IMG/VR virus record: IMGVR_UViG_3300024518_000034
Span: 64,001-128,000 of that record
DNA: 64,000 bases
Strand: one strand, 5' to 3'
Source: a virus
Shown here: positions 29,542 through 42,833 of the stretch, piece by piece
Layout: each line of letters starts with the position of its first letter
Numbering within the stretch: position 1 is the first letter of the stretch
Made by a program: the position numbers and the translations under genes
Notes under the pieces: generated by a model
What the model was told of the DNA's origin: nothing
What the model saw: only the letters and a program-made list of their open reading frames with translations
Databases searched by the model: none

Positions 29542-30168
29542 ATGTCTAAAATCTTAGTAAAGAAAAAAAAGAAAGAATCACTTCCAGCGCTGACGCGACA
29601 CCAGAACAAAATAGAGAGATTTAAGTTGGAAGAAATTGTAGTTGATGCGTATGTCAATAAAAGTTGTACGGTTGCTCAGGTAGTTAAGAGATGTCAAGCT
29701 GATCTGACCAAAAGAGGGGTAAACGTAAAGATAAATAAAACTAACGTAAGAAATTACATAAAAAAGATTAGAAATAAGTTGGCAAAACTTGATCAAGATT
29801 TCTTTCAAGATGTAATTCAGGACGCAGGCGTAGTAGACAAGATAAAGAATCTGTCTGCATTGGTTAAAAGTGGGTGGCATAGAAGACAAGCCATAGTTGA
29901 AGACATGGAAGCTTGTTTTGAAAAGGGAGACAGAGACGGTTTTCAAAAGGCTGTTAGGCTAGATCAACAAAATGACGCACTTATGGCTGATATAGTTACA
30001 AAACTAGCTACACTGGAGAGTAAGTTACAAACAACCGTTACTATAGAATTCGTAGCGAGCTTGGCACAAAAAATGACAGATGTTGTGTTGGGTTTTGACG
30101 GCATCGATGGATTGGCCAAAGAACATTTGGTTGTAAAAATGTCTAAAATGATAGACTTTGGTGGCTAA
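29542..30168 (+). CDS. Putative terminase small subunit
   Basis: N-terminal HTH-like region plus helical body directly upstream of terL. Confidence 0.55.
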   Translation: MSKILVKKKKKESLPALTRHQNKIERFKLEEIVVDAYVNKSCTVAQVVKRCQADLTKRGVNVKINKTNVRNYIKKIRNKLAKLDQDFFQDVIQDAGVVDKIKNLSALVKSGWHRRQAIVEDMEACFEKGDRDGFQKAVRLDQQNDALMADIVTKLATLESKLQTTVTIEFVASLAQKMTDVVLGFDGIDGLAKEHLVVKMSKMIDFGG

Positions 30169-32177
30169 TGAGAACATTTAGAGAAGAAGCACAACGAATA
30201 CAAGAAGCGATGTTGGACAGAGTGTCTTCTTTGAGAGCAGAACCCAAAAAGAAAATATTAGTTCCAAAAACTGTATGGGAACAATATCCTGTAAGTCCAC
30301 ATGAATTTATAAATGGAAGAGATTTCTTACACGATACCAAAGGTGATATTTGGCCAGCGCTAAGAGCAGACATGGAAACTATCTTTGCTGGTGAAGATAG
30401 CAAGGGGAGAGAAGACTATAGTCCAATTTGCAATGTATTCTTAGATTGTGAAGGGTTGGGGTCTGGTAAGTCAACAAAAGTTGTGCTTTTCATTTGTTAT
30501 ATAACTTATTGGTTGCATTGTTTGAAAGATCCGTATGGGTATTTTGGACTAGGCGACCTAGGGTCAACCATGGCTGTTATGAATATAGCGCCAAAAGAAG
30601 AAAAAGCTAAAAGAATTATTTACAATAGGCTTTTCTCAATGATTCACAGAATTCCTTGGTTCAGGGATATGGGATACATTCCAGATAAGAGATTTAGAAA
30701 CGAACTAAGATTTTATAAAAACAAGCAAACTCTTAGTATGAAAAAGGATGACTTAGATCAGTTTATATCGCCATTTCTAGTCTTAAGACCAGGATCAGGT
30801 AAAATTTCTTCTGCTGTAGGTGAAGATTTGTACGCAGGAATCGTTGACGAAGCTTGCTCTGAGGACGGCTTTGAGTTGATGGATGGAACGGACAGATGTG
30901 AAGACATTTTTGAAGTAATGCATACAAGAAGGAAATCAAGATTTGGCGATAAAGGTATAAACATGTTTATATCGTCTGCCGGTACTGAAGATCGCTGGAT
31001 GGAACGTATGATTCAAGAGGTAGAAGAACATAGAGCTATTCATCAGACTACAGGTGAAATAACTGAAATAGCTGACATGAAGATAATTCATCGTCGCAGA
31101 CCTTCCTATAAAGCAAACCCAAGATACAAAAATAGTAAAACATTCCATTACACAGTTACTAAAGATACTGAAAAAGGAATTCAATTGGTATATGAATTAG
31201 ACATACCAGTTGAATTTAAGAGAGATATGGAGTTGAAGCCTGAGAAAATGTTGAGAGACATTTGCGCTTTACCAACTCTTGCACACAATCCATTCTTTGC
31301 TGAGTGGGCTAGAATTAGAGATAATGTAAACAAGCAGAGGCGAGATCCGCTACCTGATAATGGTAACGAAATGTCATTAGCACCATTATGTAAGAAATGT
31401 TTGGGATTGCATAGAAACGATTCTACACCGTGCGCGTGGGAAATGTTGCCAGGGTGGTTCAAAGGAGAAAAGGGAGTACATTACTACGTTCATATCGACC
31501 TAGGAACGGGTGGCACAAAAAAATCAAAACGAGATGGTGCAGGTCTTGCAATCGCGCATCGTGGTCCAGATGTAGAATATAATGGAACTATGTTACCAAG
31601 CGTTGTTGTTGATCTGGCTGTTAGATTTAAAGCATCTAAGAAAAAGATGACAATTAGAAAACAAGACGGTGGTAAAACATCATCTTCTAAGAGAGTAGAA
31701 GAAATAGATATAGCTTCAGTTAGAGAGTTTATACTAAAGTTAGATAGAGAAAGAGGATTTAAGTTCGCAAAAATAACATATGATGGTTTCCAGAGTCTTG
31801 AAACACTGCAAACGTTCCAAAAATTAGGGTACTTAGCAGAAAGGGTTTCGTGTACAAAAGATTCTTGGGACAACTTAAGAACTTTATGGTACGACGGAAG
31901 AGTTGACATATTTCAGGATAACTGGCTATTGTATGAGATGAGTAAGTTGGAAGACAAGGGAGCCAAAGTAGATCACGCTGTTGGAGCTTCAGACGATGAA
32001 GGGCAGGCAGTGGCAAGAGCTATAGAAATGGCAATTGAAGGAGAAGTTCCAGAAGTTAAGAAGCCTAGATCAATACCGAGAGCGGGAGGATTTAGGGGAA
32101 TAGCAAATACAAATCCAGCAGTAAATCAATCAAGGGCAAGAAAAGGTGGGAATGCAGGACTGCCCCACTTTAAATAG
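30168..32177 (+). CDS. terL: Terminase large subunit
   Basis: Walker A EGLGSGKST, Walker B GIVDEA, nuclease VHIDLG, ITYDGFQS, KVDH-SDDEGQAVA. Confidence 0.88.
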   Translation: MRTFREEAQRIQEAMLDRVSSLRAEPKKKILVPKTVWEQYPVSPHEFINGRDFLHDTKGDIWPALRADMETIFAGEDSKGREDYSPICNVFLDCEGLGSGKSTKVVLFICYITYWLHCLKDPYGYFGLGDLGSTMAVMNIAPKEEKAKRIIYNRLFSMIHRIPWFRDMGYIPDKRFRNELRFYKNKQTLSMKKDDLDQFISPFLVLRPGSGKISSAVGEDLYAGIVDEACSEDGFELMDGTDRCEDIFEVMHTRRKSRFGDKGINMFISSAGTEDRWMERMIQEVEEHRAIHQTTGEITEIADMKIIHRRRPSYKANPRYKNSKTFHYTVTKDTEKGIQLVYELDIPVEFKRDMELKPEKMLRDICALPTLAHNPFFAEWARIRDNVNKQRRDPLPDNGNEMSLAPLCKKCLGLHRNDSTPCAWEMLPGWFKGEKGVHYYVHIDLGTGGTKKSKRDGAGLAIAHRGPDVEYNGTMLPSVVVDLAVRFKASKKKMTIRKQDGGKTSSSKRVEEIDIASVREFILKLDRERGFKFAKITYDGFQSLETLQTFQKLGYLAERVSCTKDSWDNLRTLWYDGRVDIFQDNWLLYEMSKLEDKGAKVDHAVGASDDEGQAVARAIEMAIEGEVPEVKKPRSIPRAGGFRGIANTNPAVNQSRARKGGNAGLPHFK

Positions 32178-32186
32178 GAGAAAGAT

Positions 32187-32471
32187 ATGAAGTTAAGAGA
32201 TACAAACGATTTTAGTAGTGACACAACTGAAGAATATTCAAGAAGAACAAATAGTGTTGATTATGCTAATTGTGGTAAATGTGGAAGAAAAGTTGTTGAT
32301 AAACAGGGTGTTGAGATCAAGGTCACTTCCGAGGAAGAAATAAGATTAAGTCCTAGTAATATCAGTGTTTTAAATTATACGTTTAAAGTATGTAAAAAGT
32401 GTATATTGAGACTAGTTGGTGGTGGTGGATCTGTTTTAAAAATTAAGTACGGACTAGAAGAAGAGGAATAA
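32187..32471 (+). CDS. Hypothetical Zn-finger protein
   Basis: CGKCG-VCKKC. Confidence 0.6.
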   Translation: MKLRDTNDFSSDTTEEYSRRTNSVDYANCGKCGRKVVDKQGVEIKVTSEEEIRLSPSNISVLNYTFKVCKKCILRLVGGGGSVLKIKYGLEEEE

Positions 32472-32472
32472 T

Positions 32473-32964
32473 ATGAAAAAGATATTGATTTTAATGGTAC
32501 TATTATTGGCATTAGGTGGATGTCAGACAGCGCCAAAAGATGTTACGCACGGCTGGGATGTGGCTATGGATCAAGCTGATTTGTCTCATTCTTTTTATGT
32601 TAATAGGTTAAAAGCATATAATAGTAATTTAGACCTTGAACAGGAAAATCACAGAAATACGATTTTTAAGAATCAAATTAAGATACTTAAAAAGAATGGT
32701 CAGATTGATGCTGACGGAGTATTGAAACTTTTTACTCTATTAAAGGCTAAAGAAAAAGAAAATAGAGATAGGTTAAAGAAACACGCTAAAATAGATGCTA
32801 AGGTTGAAAAAGCTTGGGAAAACTTTGAAAAGATTATGGGAGCAGTTCGAAGGTATTTAGCTTCTGGTATGACTGAAGAAGATAGACAGAAGATGTATAA
32901 GACTTTAGCTCAATTAGCAAAAGAAGGATTTAAAACTATAGAAGAGGAAAAAGAGGGAAATTAG
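32473..32964 (+). CDS. Lipoprotein, helical
   Basis: Signal peptide with lipobox MKKILILMVLLLALGGC. Confidence 0.75.
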   Translation: MKKILILMVLLLALGGCQTAPKDVTHGWDVAMDQADLSHSFYVNRLKAYNSNLDLEQENHRNTIFKNQIKILKKNGQIDADGVLKLFTLLKAKEKENRDRLKKHAKIDAKVEKAWENFEKIMGAVRRYLASGMTEEDRQKMYKTLAQLAKEGFKTIEEEKEGN

Positions 32965-33273
32965 ATGTCAGATACAGCAGATAAGATTAAAAAATTAATT
33001 GAAGCGGCTAACGAATTAGCAAAAAAAGTAGTTTTTGAAGACGCAGAAGATAGGATTGAAAACCCATTTGATGAAGTAGGTGACATGTCAATTCTTGATG
33101 AAAGCGCAAGCGAAATGGGAACATTATTGGAATTAATCCTTAATGGTGAAGAGGTTAGTGATATTGTCGCTACGGTAGATGGAAAGACTCACGACAAGCA
33201 AGAAGTGGCCGAATGGGCTAATGTAACCGTGGAAATTCTTAAAATGGCGAGAAGCAAATTTTTCGCTGTATAA
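32965..33273 (+). CDS. Hypothetical acidic protein
   Basis: Packed after the lipoprotein gene. Confidence 0.6.
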   Translation: MSDTADKIKKLIEAANELAKKVVFEDAEDRIENPFDEVGDMSILDESASEMGTLLELILNGEEVSDIVATVDGKTHDKQEVAEWANVTVEILKMARSKFFAV

Positions 33274-33316
33274 TAGTTTATTTAACTATAGTAATGATAA
33301 GGAGTGTGGATTATCT

Positions 33317-33652
33317 ATGAGATATAATACACCTAAAAGAAGTACAGAAATTCCAAATTTTATTTTAAATGGATTAACCGATCCCAAAAAGAAGCGTGCT
33401 GCTCAGCTTATTGGCGAAGTAGAAGCGCAAGTTGCTGTCGGTCTAAGGCAGGGACAAATGAATAAACAAGCTTTTATGCGACATATACCCAACATTAGAC
33501 ATGGGGCGGGCGTATACGAAGCACAACATGATATGAGTATATGGGAATTACAAGGCGACACAATTGTGCGTCGTAACGATAGTCAAATGGAAGTAGAGGC
33601 TGTTCTAAGCGCTCTTGAGGCTAATGAAGATGAGGAAAATATAAATGGCTAG
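33317..33652 (+). CDS. Hypothetical protein, putative head-associated
   Basis: SD AAGGAG; first gene of a block of acidic low-complexity proteins. Confidence 0.6.
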   Translation: MRYNTPKRSTEIPNFILNGLTDPKKKRAAQLIGEVEAQVAVGLRQGQMNKQAFMRHIPNIRHGAGVYEAQHDMSIWELQGDTIVRRNDSQMEVEAVLSALEANEDEENING

Positions 33653-36600
33653 ACCTATTAAGAAAGACGATTCTTCTATTTTGAATCTCCTTTTTGCTAA
33701 CAAAAGATTGGCGAAAAAAGTCAATAAATCAATTAATGAGGAAAGAGAAGATCTGGTTGCAAATATCAAGAGAGTAGACGCAAAGTCTAAAAGAGATATT
33801 CGCGCTTATGCAGTGACTCATCCTGACAATATAAATAGAACTCCCGATTTGACACATGATAATAGGGAATTGATTGTCAAAAAAGCTAGCGAGGCGCTTG
33901 AAAGCAGATTGGCAGCTTTTATTGGCAAAGGTGGAACAAATGTTGATTTGGATGACATGGAAATTAAAAGTTCAAAAAATGACATAGGAGATCCACACGG
34001 GAAAGTTATTGATAAGGCCTTGTTGGCTTTTGCAGTTAGACTGCAGACCCCCACTAAGCCTTTGAAAGTTTTTGCAGCAGTAGAGTATGATGAAAGTCAA
34101 GAAACTCCAGAACAGTACAAAGTTGTAGAGAAACTATTTACTGGCGACGGTGAAGAAATGCCTTTTACTTCGGAAAACTTGCAAAGCTTTGTTGAAGATA
34201 ACGGAAGCATTAAAGAAAGTAGCTATAAGACTAATCGTAAGCTTGTATTGTTTGATCTAAGTAGCGACGATCCCAGAACGCATGCGTATGTTGAATTGCC
34301 AGTTAAAAATGTAGAAGCTGCAAGAGCTAAGCTACGCACTGCTGGCATTAATGTTCTTTCAAAATGGCTAGGCGCTGAACACAATGTGGAAGGTCCAGTC
34401 TATGAAGTAGTTTCTATTCCTAAATTTTATCCAGAAATCAAAAAGGTTTTGGCAGAAGAATATAAAGAATATAGCCGCGAACCACATAATGATGAAGATA
34501 AGGCGTGGAGTGACGCTACTGAAAACGCATCAGATTTCTCTGGTCGTTCTCGTGAAAAGAATGCCGCTCCATGGCAGAGTGAAGAAGGCGGTCCTACACA
34601 TCAGGAACCACATGCTGACGAAGACAAGGCACAAAGTAATGAAAGTGAAGAATCTGGAAAATTCCCAGGTCGTGCCCACGATAAGAATCAAAGTGAATTG
34701 TCTAGACCAGATGTAGATCGTTCAGTAAAGAATGACGAATTTGATGGTAACCACATGACAGACGCTAGAACTGAAAGCGTATCTGAATTCCCAGGTCGTG
34801 CCGCAGAAGGCCCAGTTGCAGATGCAGCTACTCCTGAGAAAATGCTTAGATATGAGAAGAAAAAGGCTATGTACAGTTGCGGATCGGAATGCGACTGCGA
34901 ATGTGAGAAATGTGAAGGAAGTGCTTGCTGCAAAAAGGAAGACGATAAGAAGGAGGCTCAAATGCAGGCTCCCGAACAACTTCCAGGCGAGTACGAAATG
35001 GGTGAAGTGTCACCCCTAGAACAGACCGAACAACCAATGGAGTCTTTAGAAGAAGAAGGACTTGATATGGGACTAGGTGATGAACTAGAAGAACCTGGCG
35101 CAGATTACGATGCTATAATTACCCTTCTTGATTGGGCACACTCAAAGATGGGAAAGAAGAAGTTATCTAAGAAATATAAAGTATCATTGGCTGATATGGA
35201 AAAGTTCGCTGCCGATTGGGAAAAGAAGGAAGGTCCAGAGGATCTGTCTGAAGCCAAGGAAGCAGCCGAAGCAGGCGAAGGTATGGTTAAGTTTACTGAA
35301 GATGACGAGACTCTGACCGCAGAAGCTTCTAGAAGAGGAAAGAGAATCGCTAAGTATCTTGACTATGTATCAAGCAAAGGCTTTGAAGTAAGAGCAGCAT
35401 GTTTCTGCAGAAATAGTGGAAACTGTGCATATTGCGGATCGTTTGGATGTAGTTCTTGCGGCGAATGTAATTCAAGTAGAGGAATTGCATTGATGGCGCA
35501 AAAGAAGAACAGTCCAGGTACAACTTGTGACATGCTAAGTGCAAAAAGTCATCCATCACCAGAAGGATTTCCGGCACCAGATAGTATGGACGGACTAGAA
35601 GGTTGTGGTGACTGCGAGCCAAAAGTAGTCCCTTCGCAAGAAGCTAAAAGTGAAAGTGAAGTAAGACATGGTGGAAAGAAAGAAGCTATTACAACTAGTG
35701 GAGTAGACAACGATCCGCCAAGTATTACATTAGAACATAATGAGATGGACGGTATGCAGGTTTCTAAGGGAGACGCTGCACCAAAGATGGTTCCATCAGA
35801 GCATGGAGAATATGAAGAAACTCCAGGCTTGAATAAGAACCATAAGCAAGATATTACTGATGATTCAGAAGAAGAGCCATGTGACGGTGTAGGTCCAAGG
35901 CCTGAATATAAGCCAAAGAGTAATAGCGATGCTACGAATGACTCAAAAGGTGAGAGTCATGAGTGGAAACCAGGAAAGCGTAAAAGCTCATTAGATATGT
36001 TTGACGATAAAGAAGAAGAAATAAAATTCTCTGGCTCAGAGAAAGCAAGACCATCAGGTTTTAATAGAGTTTATGCTAAGAAAGTAGTTGCTGAAAAGAG
36101 ATTGAAAGCGGCTTACGATTCTCAGAGAGGAAAGATTCTAGATGACTGGAAGATGGGAATGGTTGACTTAGACGAGTGCAACAAGAGAGTTGCCATGTTG
36201 AATGGTCAGTATATGAATAAAAAAAAAGAGCTAGAGCGTAAAGCAAGCGATATGGGCCACGAACCTGCAAAAGGTGGGGACGATGCCGATAAGCAAAAAG
36301 GACGCGACAAATATCACCAAAGTGAAACTCTAACTAACAACTCAGAGTTTGGTGATAATGATTGGTTCGATAGGGCAAAAGAAAAGAACCCTCACCAGGG
36401 TGGGTCACATAATTGGCACCCTAAGCTGAAGGGCGATGAAGGCAAGGAGCGTTCTGATGAAACTGAAAATCAGAAGGATTGGCCAGGTCGTTCTAGAGAA
36501 AAGCAACCAGACGATTCCGTAAAGCATCTTAATGAGATTAACCAGAATGCTAAAGAAATGGGTGAAGTCAAGGGTGACGAAGGTAAGGAACGTTCTGGCG

Positions 36601-38136
36601 ACAGCGAAGACGCTGATAAATGGCCAGGAAGAACTCACGAAAAGCGTAAGAGCGATCCATCAAAGGATGCAAGTAAATACATGTATCGTAGCGAGCAGAA
36701 GAAGTGTGATTGTGATTGCGACCCATGTGAATGCCCAGATCCTGACGACAAAAGCGGCGGTGATAAGAAAACAGGCGGTCCCGGTGAGTTCGTTAACGCA
36801 CTAAAAAAAAAGGCTAACGTCTCAGGCGGTGGAAAAGAAACTTCATACGCAAAAGAAGGTAAAGACGATATAGCGACAAACATGCCACCATGGGAATATG
36901 ATGGTAATGATGAGCTAGGTCGCTCTGATCAGGCACAAGATGTGCCTTCGCCACTCCACCGTTCAGAAAATGTAGACGAAGAGTTTTATTCTGAAGGTAA
37001 ATACCTTAAAAGCGGTGGAGCCCACTCGCCTGCGACACGCAAAAAATCTGACGAAGCTAAGCTGATCGACGCACGAAAAAAAAAGCTAGCAAAAAAGTAC
37101 CGTAAATCATATGCTAGTTATATGAATAAAGGCGGGCAGCTAGATTTTCAGGCGTGGTTAAAAAAGAAGAAAATTGCTCAAGGAGATCCTATGTTTACAG
37201 GACAAGAGCAATTAAAGCCAATGACACTTAATGATTTAACTCCAGAGGAACAGGAGCAATTCTTGCAGTGGCGTCAGCAAAAACAACAACAGGAACAAAT
37301 GCAGCAACCACAAGTTCAGGCTAGAAAAAGAACTGCTGGCGGAAAGTCTATGTGTGGTGGATGCAAGACAATGAAACCAGTTGGCGATTTTAGTGGAAAA
37401 CGTTGCAAGAAATGTGCTTCTAAGAAAACTGCTATAGAACATGACCGTGTACCTACAGATATTAGAAGGCATAAAGTAGATCAACACATAGGAAGAGTAA
37501 ATCACTTAGGTCATCCTTACAAAGGGAATGATGTAGTGTTTGCTCCAAACGATTCAGTATATTCTGATTTAACTGAAGGTCGCAAGCCAAATTACATGTC
37601 ACCACTTACAGAGCATTACTTTGTAGATCGTGCATTGCGCGGAATGGATAATGGGTTTTACTGGAGTGGTAACGAAGCTTATCGTGGTGTAGTTGCTGCC
37701 GAAGAAGCTAAGTATCTTAGCGATTCACAGAAGATCAGATTAGCTGAGAATATGAGAGGGTACGGTATCTGGGTCGATGACGACGTAGTTCAGAAGACTA
37801 TAAAGGCTGGAAACGAGTTTGAGATTCAGCAGCGTACAGATACTGGCGACTTGAATAAGAAAGCAAAAAAAAAAGAAGCGCACATAGGAAACATGGATGA
37901 TTTTTTTAAAGAAAGAATAGGATATACTCCAGATTTTACAAAAGCGGAATATTGGGATGAAATAGATCCAGACGACCCAATGGCGAATAGAATTCCATGT
38001 GTTGATATGGGGTGTCCTGCGGGGAGAACGTGTCCTAAGTGTGGATTTACGCCTGAGCAGCGAGAAAAGAGAGAAAGATGGGAAGAAAAAAATAATGAAG
38101 GCCATGATCGCTGGGAACATGCAAGTTGGAGTCAAG

Positions 38137-38144
<8 letters not shown>
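33645..38144 (+). CDS. 1499 aa low-complexity putative head/scaffold-type protein
   Basis: Charged, largely disordered; repeated [FW][PS]GR motifs, Cys clusters and KKxA motifs; downstream of terL. Confidence 0.7.
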
Positions 38145-39803
<1,659 letters not shown>

Positions 39804-39804
<1 letters not shown>

Positions 39805-40388
39805 TGTCAATTGTAGATAACTTTTATAAGAGAACGAATGAGGGCGAAGTTCAGAAAAAAACTGTTGCAAGAGTAAATGAAAATCAACAGTTGAGCAGCG
39901 CTTTAAGTTTGTTTAACGAATCAGTAGATTCACAAAAAAGAACTGCTGAAAATGCTGGGCGTCAATCCGATGAAACTGTTATTCAGTGGGAACAACGAAT
40001 AAGAGAACAGGGTCGTAGTCAGAGAGGCCAAAGCAGTCAACATGAGCCGCTTTATGCTGATCAATATAGAAAAGCTGATTATGAGTCAAATGAAAGATAT
40101 GTACAAGAAGCTGCTGAAATTGAGAATAGAGTAAGTGCAGGTGAAAGTCATGAATCAACGGGAATTGCAAACGATTTACCTTGGACTAAAGGCGATTCTG
40201 TAACGAACGTTGAAGACACTTACAAAGAGATGGGTGATATGCAAGTAGACAATTCTATGTTGCAGAAAGCTGTAAGTGAAAATGTAATTACTCACGCAGA
40301 TGCAGTTAAAATAAGTAAAAAGGGTAAGGTTGAGGGTATTAATTCGACTATGTGGACTTCAAAACCAAGAGAATCGGAGTTTGAATAA
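39804..40388 (+). CDS. Hypothetical protein (putative virion)
   Basis: Start overlaps upstream stop. Confidence 0.65.
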
Positions 40389-40390
40389 TT

Positions 40391-40729
40391 ATGGATTATG
40401 CGATAACAGCACTAGTAGTTGGTATAGTGATGGCTCTCATAAAGGTCATAGAGAAATTAATTGATCATAATGGTGAGAAGAAATCTATTCTGATGACAGA
40501 CGAAAGAGAGTGGTTACGTGAGTTGTATACGCAGCACCAGAAGTTTGACGAAAACGGAACGCCAATTTGGTATGTTCCGAGATCATGGGATGACACACAA
40601 CAAGAAATAGTAAAAGCTTTGACAACAGTTGTTGGCGATCAGCGCAGAATAGCAGAGTTGTTGGATAAAATAGAACAAAGATATGAAAAGATAAGTGAAA
40701 CTTTATCTGAAATGAAAAACAGATGTTAA
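40391..40729 (+). CDS. Single-TM coiled-coil protein, holin-like
   Basis: N-terminal TM (AITALVVGIVMALI) then coiled coil. Confidence 0.5.
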   Translation: MDYAITALVVGIVMALIKVIEKLIDHNGEKKSILMTDEREWLRELYTQHQKFDENGTPIWYVPRSWDDTQQEIVKALTTVVGDQRRIAELLDKIEQRYEKISETLSEMKNRC

Positions 40730-40747
40730 AATATAAAGGAGAATATT

Positions 40748-40960
40748 ATGGGAAGCGAAAAATATAATTTAGGTTATGGAGATTTACTAAAGCTTGGTAA
40801 GGGTGCTGCACTTGCAGGTCTTGGCGCGTTAGGAAGTTATCTATTGCAAGTTGGAGTACCAACTAGTTTAGATAAGCAGGAATGGTTACTTCTTGGTGCC
40901 GCAGCAGGGTCAGTAGCTTTGAACGCTGCATATAAATTTCTAACTGACACGAGCGCATAA
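40748..40960 (+). CDS. Two-TM small membrane protein, holin-like
   Basis: Two hydrophobic Gly/Ala-rich helices; SD AAGGAG. Confidence 0.55.
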   Translation: MGSEKYNLGYGDLLKLGKGAALAGLGALGSYLLQVGVPTSLDKQEWLLLGAAAGSVALNAAYKFLTDTSA

Positions 40961-41710
40961 ATGTATTATCACAATAGAGTGAAAAGATCTGCTAGTGCGG
41001 ATTGGAGAAAACCAGAAGATGGCGAAAAGGTCAAGGAAAATAGTCCATCTGTAAGAGCCGCCAAAGAAGCTGCAAGTTACTTAAAAGCGTTAAGATATGG
41101 GCAACTGGCAACACCAACTCCAGTGGCAGGAACAGAGCAGACAAGTCCATTGACGCCGGAACAGCAACAGGAACGCTTGAAACAACAGCAAGAGCAGGAA
41201 CGTCAAGTGCAGCTTCAGCAACAGCAGCAATTACAGCAACAGCAACAGGCTCAACAACAGCAGCAACAGCAACAAATGCAACAGCAACAAATGCAGACCG
41301 CTCAAAAAACAGAAGCGATAGGGCCAGATGAATGGAGAGAATATAGGAAAATGTTTCCAGGTCCACGAGGACGTGTGCATTCGAACCCTGAAAAGTGGAA
41401 CGATGAACCGGGGCAGATAGATATAAACGAACCAGATCCGCCGTTTTTAGGAACTGATAGAGATATCGATATGAGGTCAGAGGTGGGATACATGAGTCGA
41501 GAAGACGCACTAGAAGAATTAAGGCAAGATGAAGCTTCGTATGATCCGACCGCTGATTTCAGAAGAAAGAAAAGAGAAGATTTGGTAAAAGAAGATTTTC
41601 TAGAGCAGCCTGGCGTACAAGAAAAAGGCTGGTCTGCTCCTGTAAGAGAAAAAGAAGAGGCGGCAGATGAGATGGGATATGTAGATCCAGAAGAGGACTG
41701 GAAAGAATGA
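40961..41710 (+). CDS. Poly-Gln low-complexity protein
   Basis: About 45-residue Q-rich tract. Confidence 0.7.
   Translation: MYYHNRVKRSASADWRKPEDGEKVKENSPSVRAAKEAASYLKALRYGQLATPTPVAGTEQTSPLTPEQQQERLKQQQEQERQVQLQQQQQLQQQQQAQQQQQQQQMQQQQMQTAQKTEAIGPDEWREYRKMFPGPRGRVHSNPEKWNDEPGQIDINEPDPPFLGTDRDIDMRSEVGYMSREDALEELRQDEASYDPTADFRRKKREDLVKEDFLEQPGVQEKGWSAPVREKEEAADEMGYVDPEEDWKE
41161..41300 (+). repeat. CAG/CAA tract encoding poly-Gln
   Basis: Repeated CAACAG/CAGCAA. Confidence 0.85.
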
Positions 41711-41964
41711 GACAAATTAAAGGCAAATCGATAGCGGATTATCTTCTTGACAGTAGGAAGAGGTCTGGTATGATGGAACATGAAGCTATTCAAGTACACG
41801 ACGTTAGGGAACGTATAGTTCTGGCAGAAATAAATCAAGGATTGCCAGAGAGTGACAAGAGCGATACTGGAGAAGTAGGACAAGAAAAAGAAGACTTAGA
41901 AGATTTAGACGGCAAGGGTAAGAAGGAAAAGAAAAGCCGTCCCAGTGTTGCCTATGATGGCTAA
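41707..41964 (+). CDS. Hypothetical protein
   Basis: ATGA overlap. Confidence 0.55.
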   Translation: MRQIKGKSIADYLLDSRKRSGMMEHEAIQVHDVRERIVLAEINQGLPESDKSDTGEVGQEKEDLEDLDGKGKKEKKSRPSVAYDG

Positions 41965-41975
41965 GAAAGGGATTT

Positions 41976-42833
41976 ATGAAGAAACTTAGAAATTTGAGCG
42001 AAGAGGATGTCAAGAAGCTTCTGGCAATAGTAAGAAATGGCGGAAGTGGAAAAGACATTCGTGATGCTGGAATTAGAACGTCAAATGGTGATTTAGTTTC
42101 TGAAAGGCAAGCAAGAAGATATAGAACTGCTGCTGTGGAAACTATTGAAAACACAGACGATGAGTTGCTGGACCGCTTCGTTAAGGGTGAAGGATACATG
42201 AGAGATCTGAATTTAGACGAAGAAGTTCATACAGCCTATCCAACTATCAAAGCGCCAAGGATTCAGAATAAAACAGCTATCATGGACATAGAGGTAATGT
42301 CCCCAGCGTTTGGAAGAATGTCTAAGTATAGTATTTATTTGCTATGTGTTAGTTTTCTTGATTTTGAAACAGGCGAAGTAAAAACGCTAGAAATAACACA
42401 TGAAGATGGCAGAGACGACAAGAGATTGTTGAATGCTGTCTTTCAGGAAATGAGAAAATATACGTTCATTATTGGACATAATGTAAAAGGCTATGATTTG
42501 AATTGGTTAATGACTAGAGCTATCTTTTATGGTTGGGATATACCAGATAGAGCTTTTTATTACTGTACTTATCAGGGCGCTAAGCGTATACCATTATTGC
42601 ATAGGAAGGGATTGGGGAATCTTATTGATTTCTTTAGAATTAAGACTGCAGAGAAGACTCAAATTATGCCTATTGAGTGGGACAGAGCAAACTCGCCACA
42701 CAAGGCTGACTTTGATGAAGCTATGCAGCAAATTGTCTATCATTGCGAGCAAGATGTAATTGCTAATAGAGAAGTATATGATCTCGTGATGAAATATGAC
42801 CCGAAACCTTCTTGGAAGCTATGGCCGCGATAA
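41976..42833 (+). CDS. DEDD/RNase H-like 3'-5' exonuclease with N-terminal HTH
   Basis: MDIEV (ExoI), GHNVKGYD (ExoII), YHCEQDV (ExoIII). Confidence 0.82.
   Translation: MKKLRNLSEEDVKKLLAIVRNGGSGKDIRDAGIRTSNGDLVSERQARRYRTAAVETIENTDDELLDRFVKGEGYMRDLNLDEEVHTAYPTIKAPRIQNKTAIMDIEVMSPAFGRMSKYSIYLLCVSFLDFETGEVKTLEITHEDGRDDKRLLNAVFQEMRKYTFIIGHNVKGYDLNWLMTRAIFYGWDIPDRAFYYCTYQGAKRIPLLHRKGLGNLIDFFRIKTAEKTQIMPIEWDRANSPHKADFDEAMQQIVYHCEQDVIANREVYDLVMKYDPKPSWKLWPR

Noticed and set aside
538-32177. Inteins or introns in dnaE, recA, glnII or terL
   Set aside because: Lengths are normal, no splice motifs were seen, and the HNH genes lie between complete genes
37999-38136. Track start for the 601 aa ORF
   Set aside because: 145-nt overlap with the upstream gene; ATG 38137 has an SD and an 8-nt overlap
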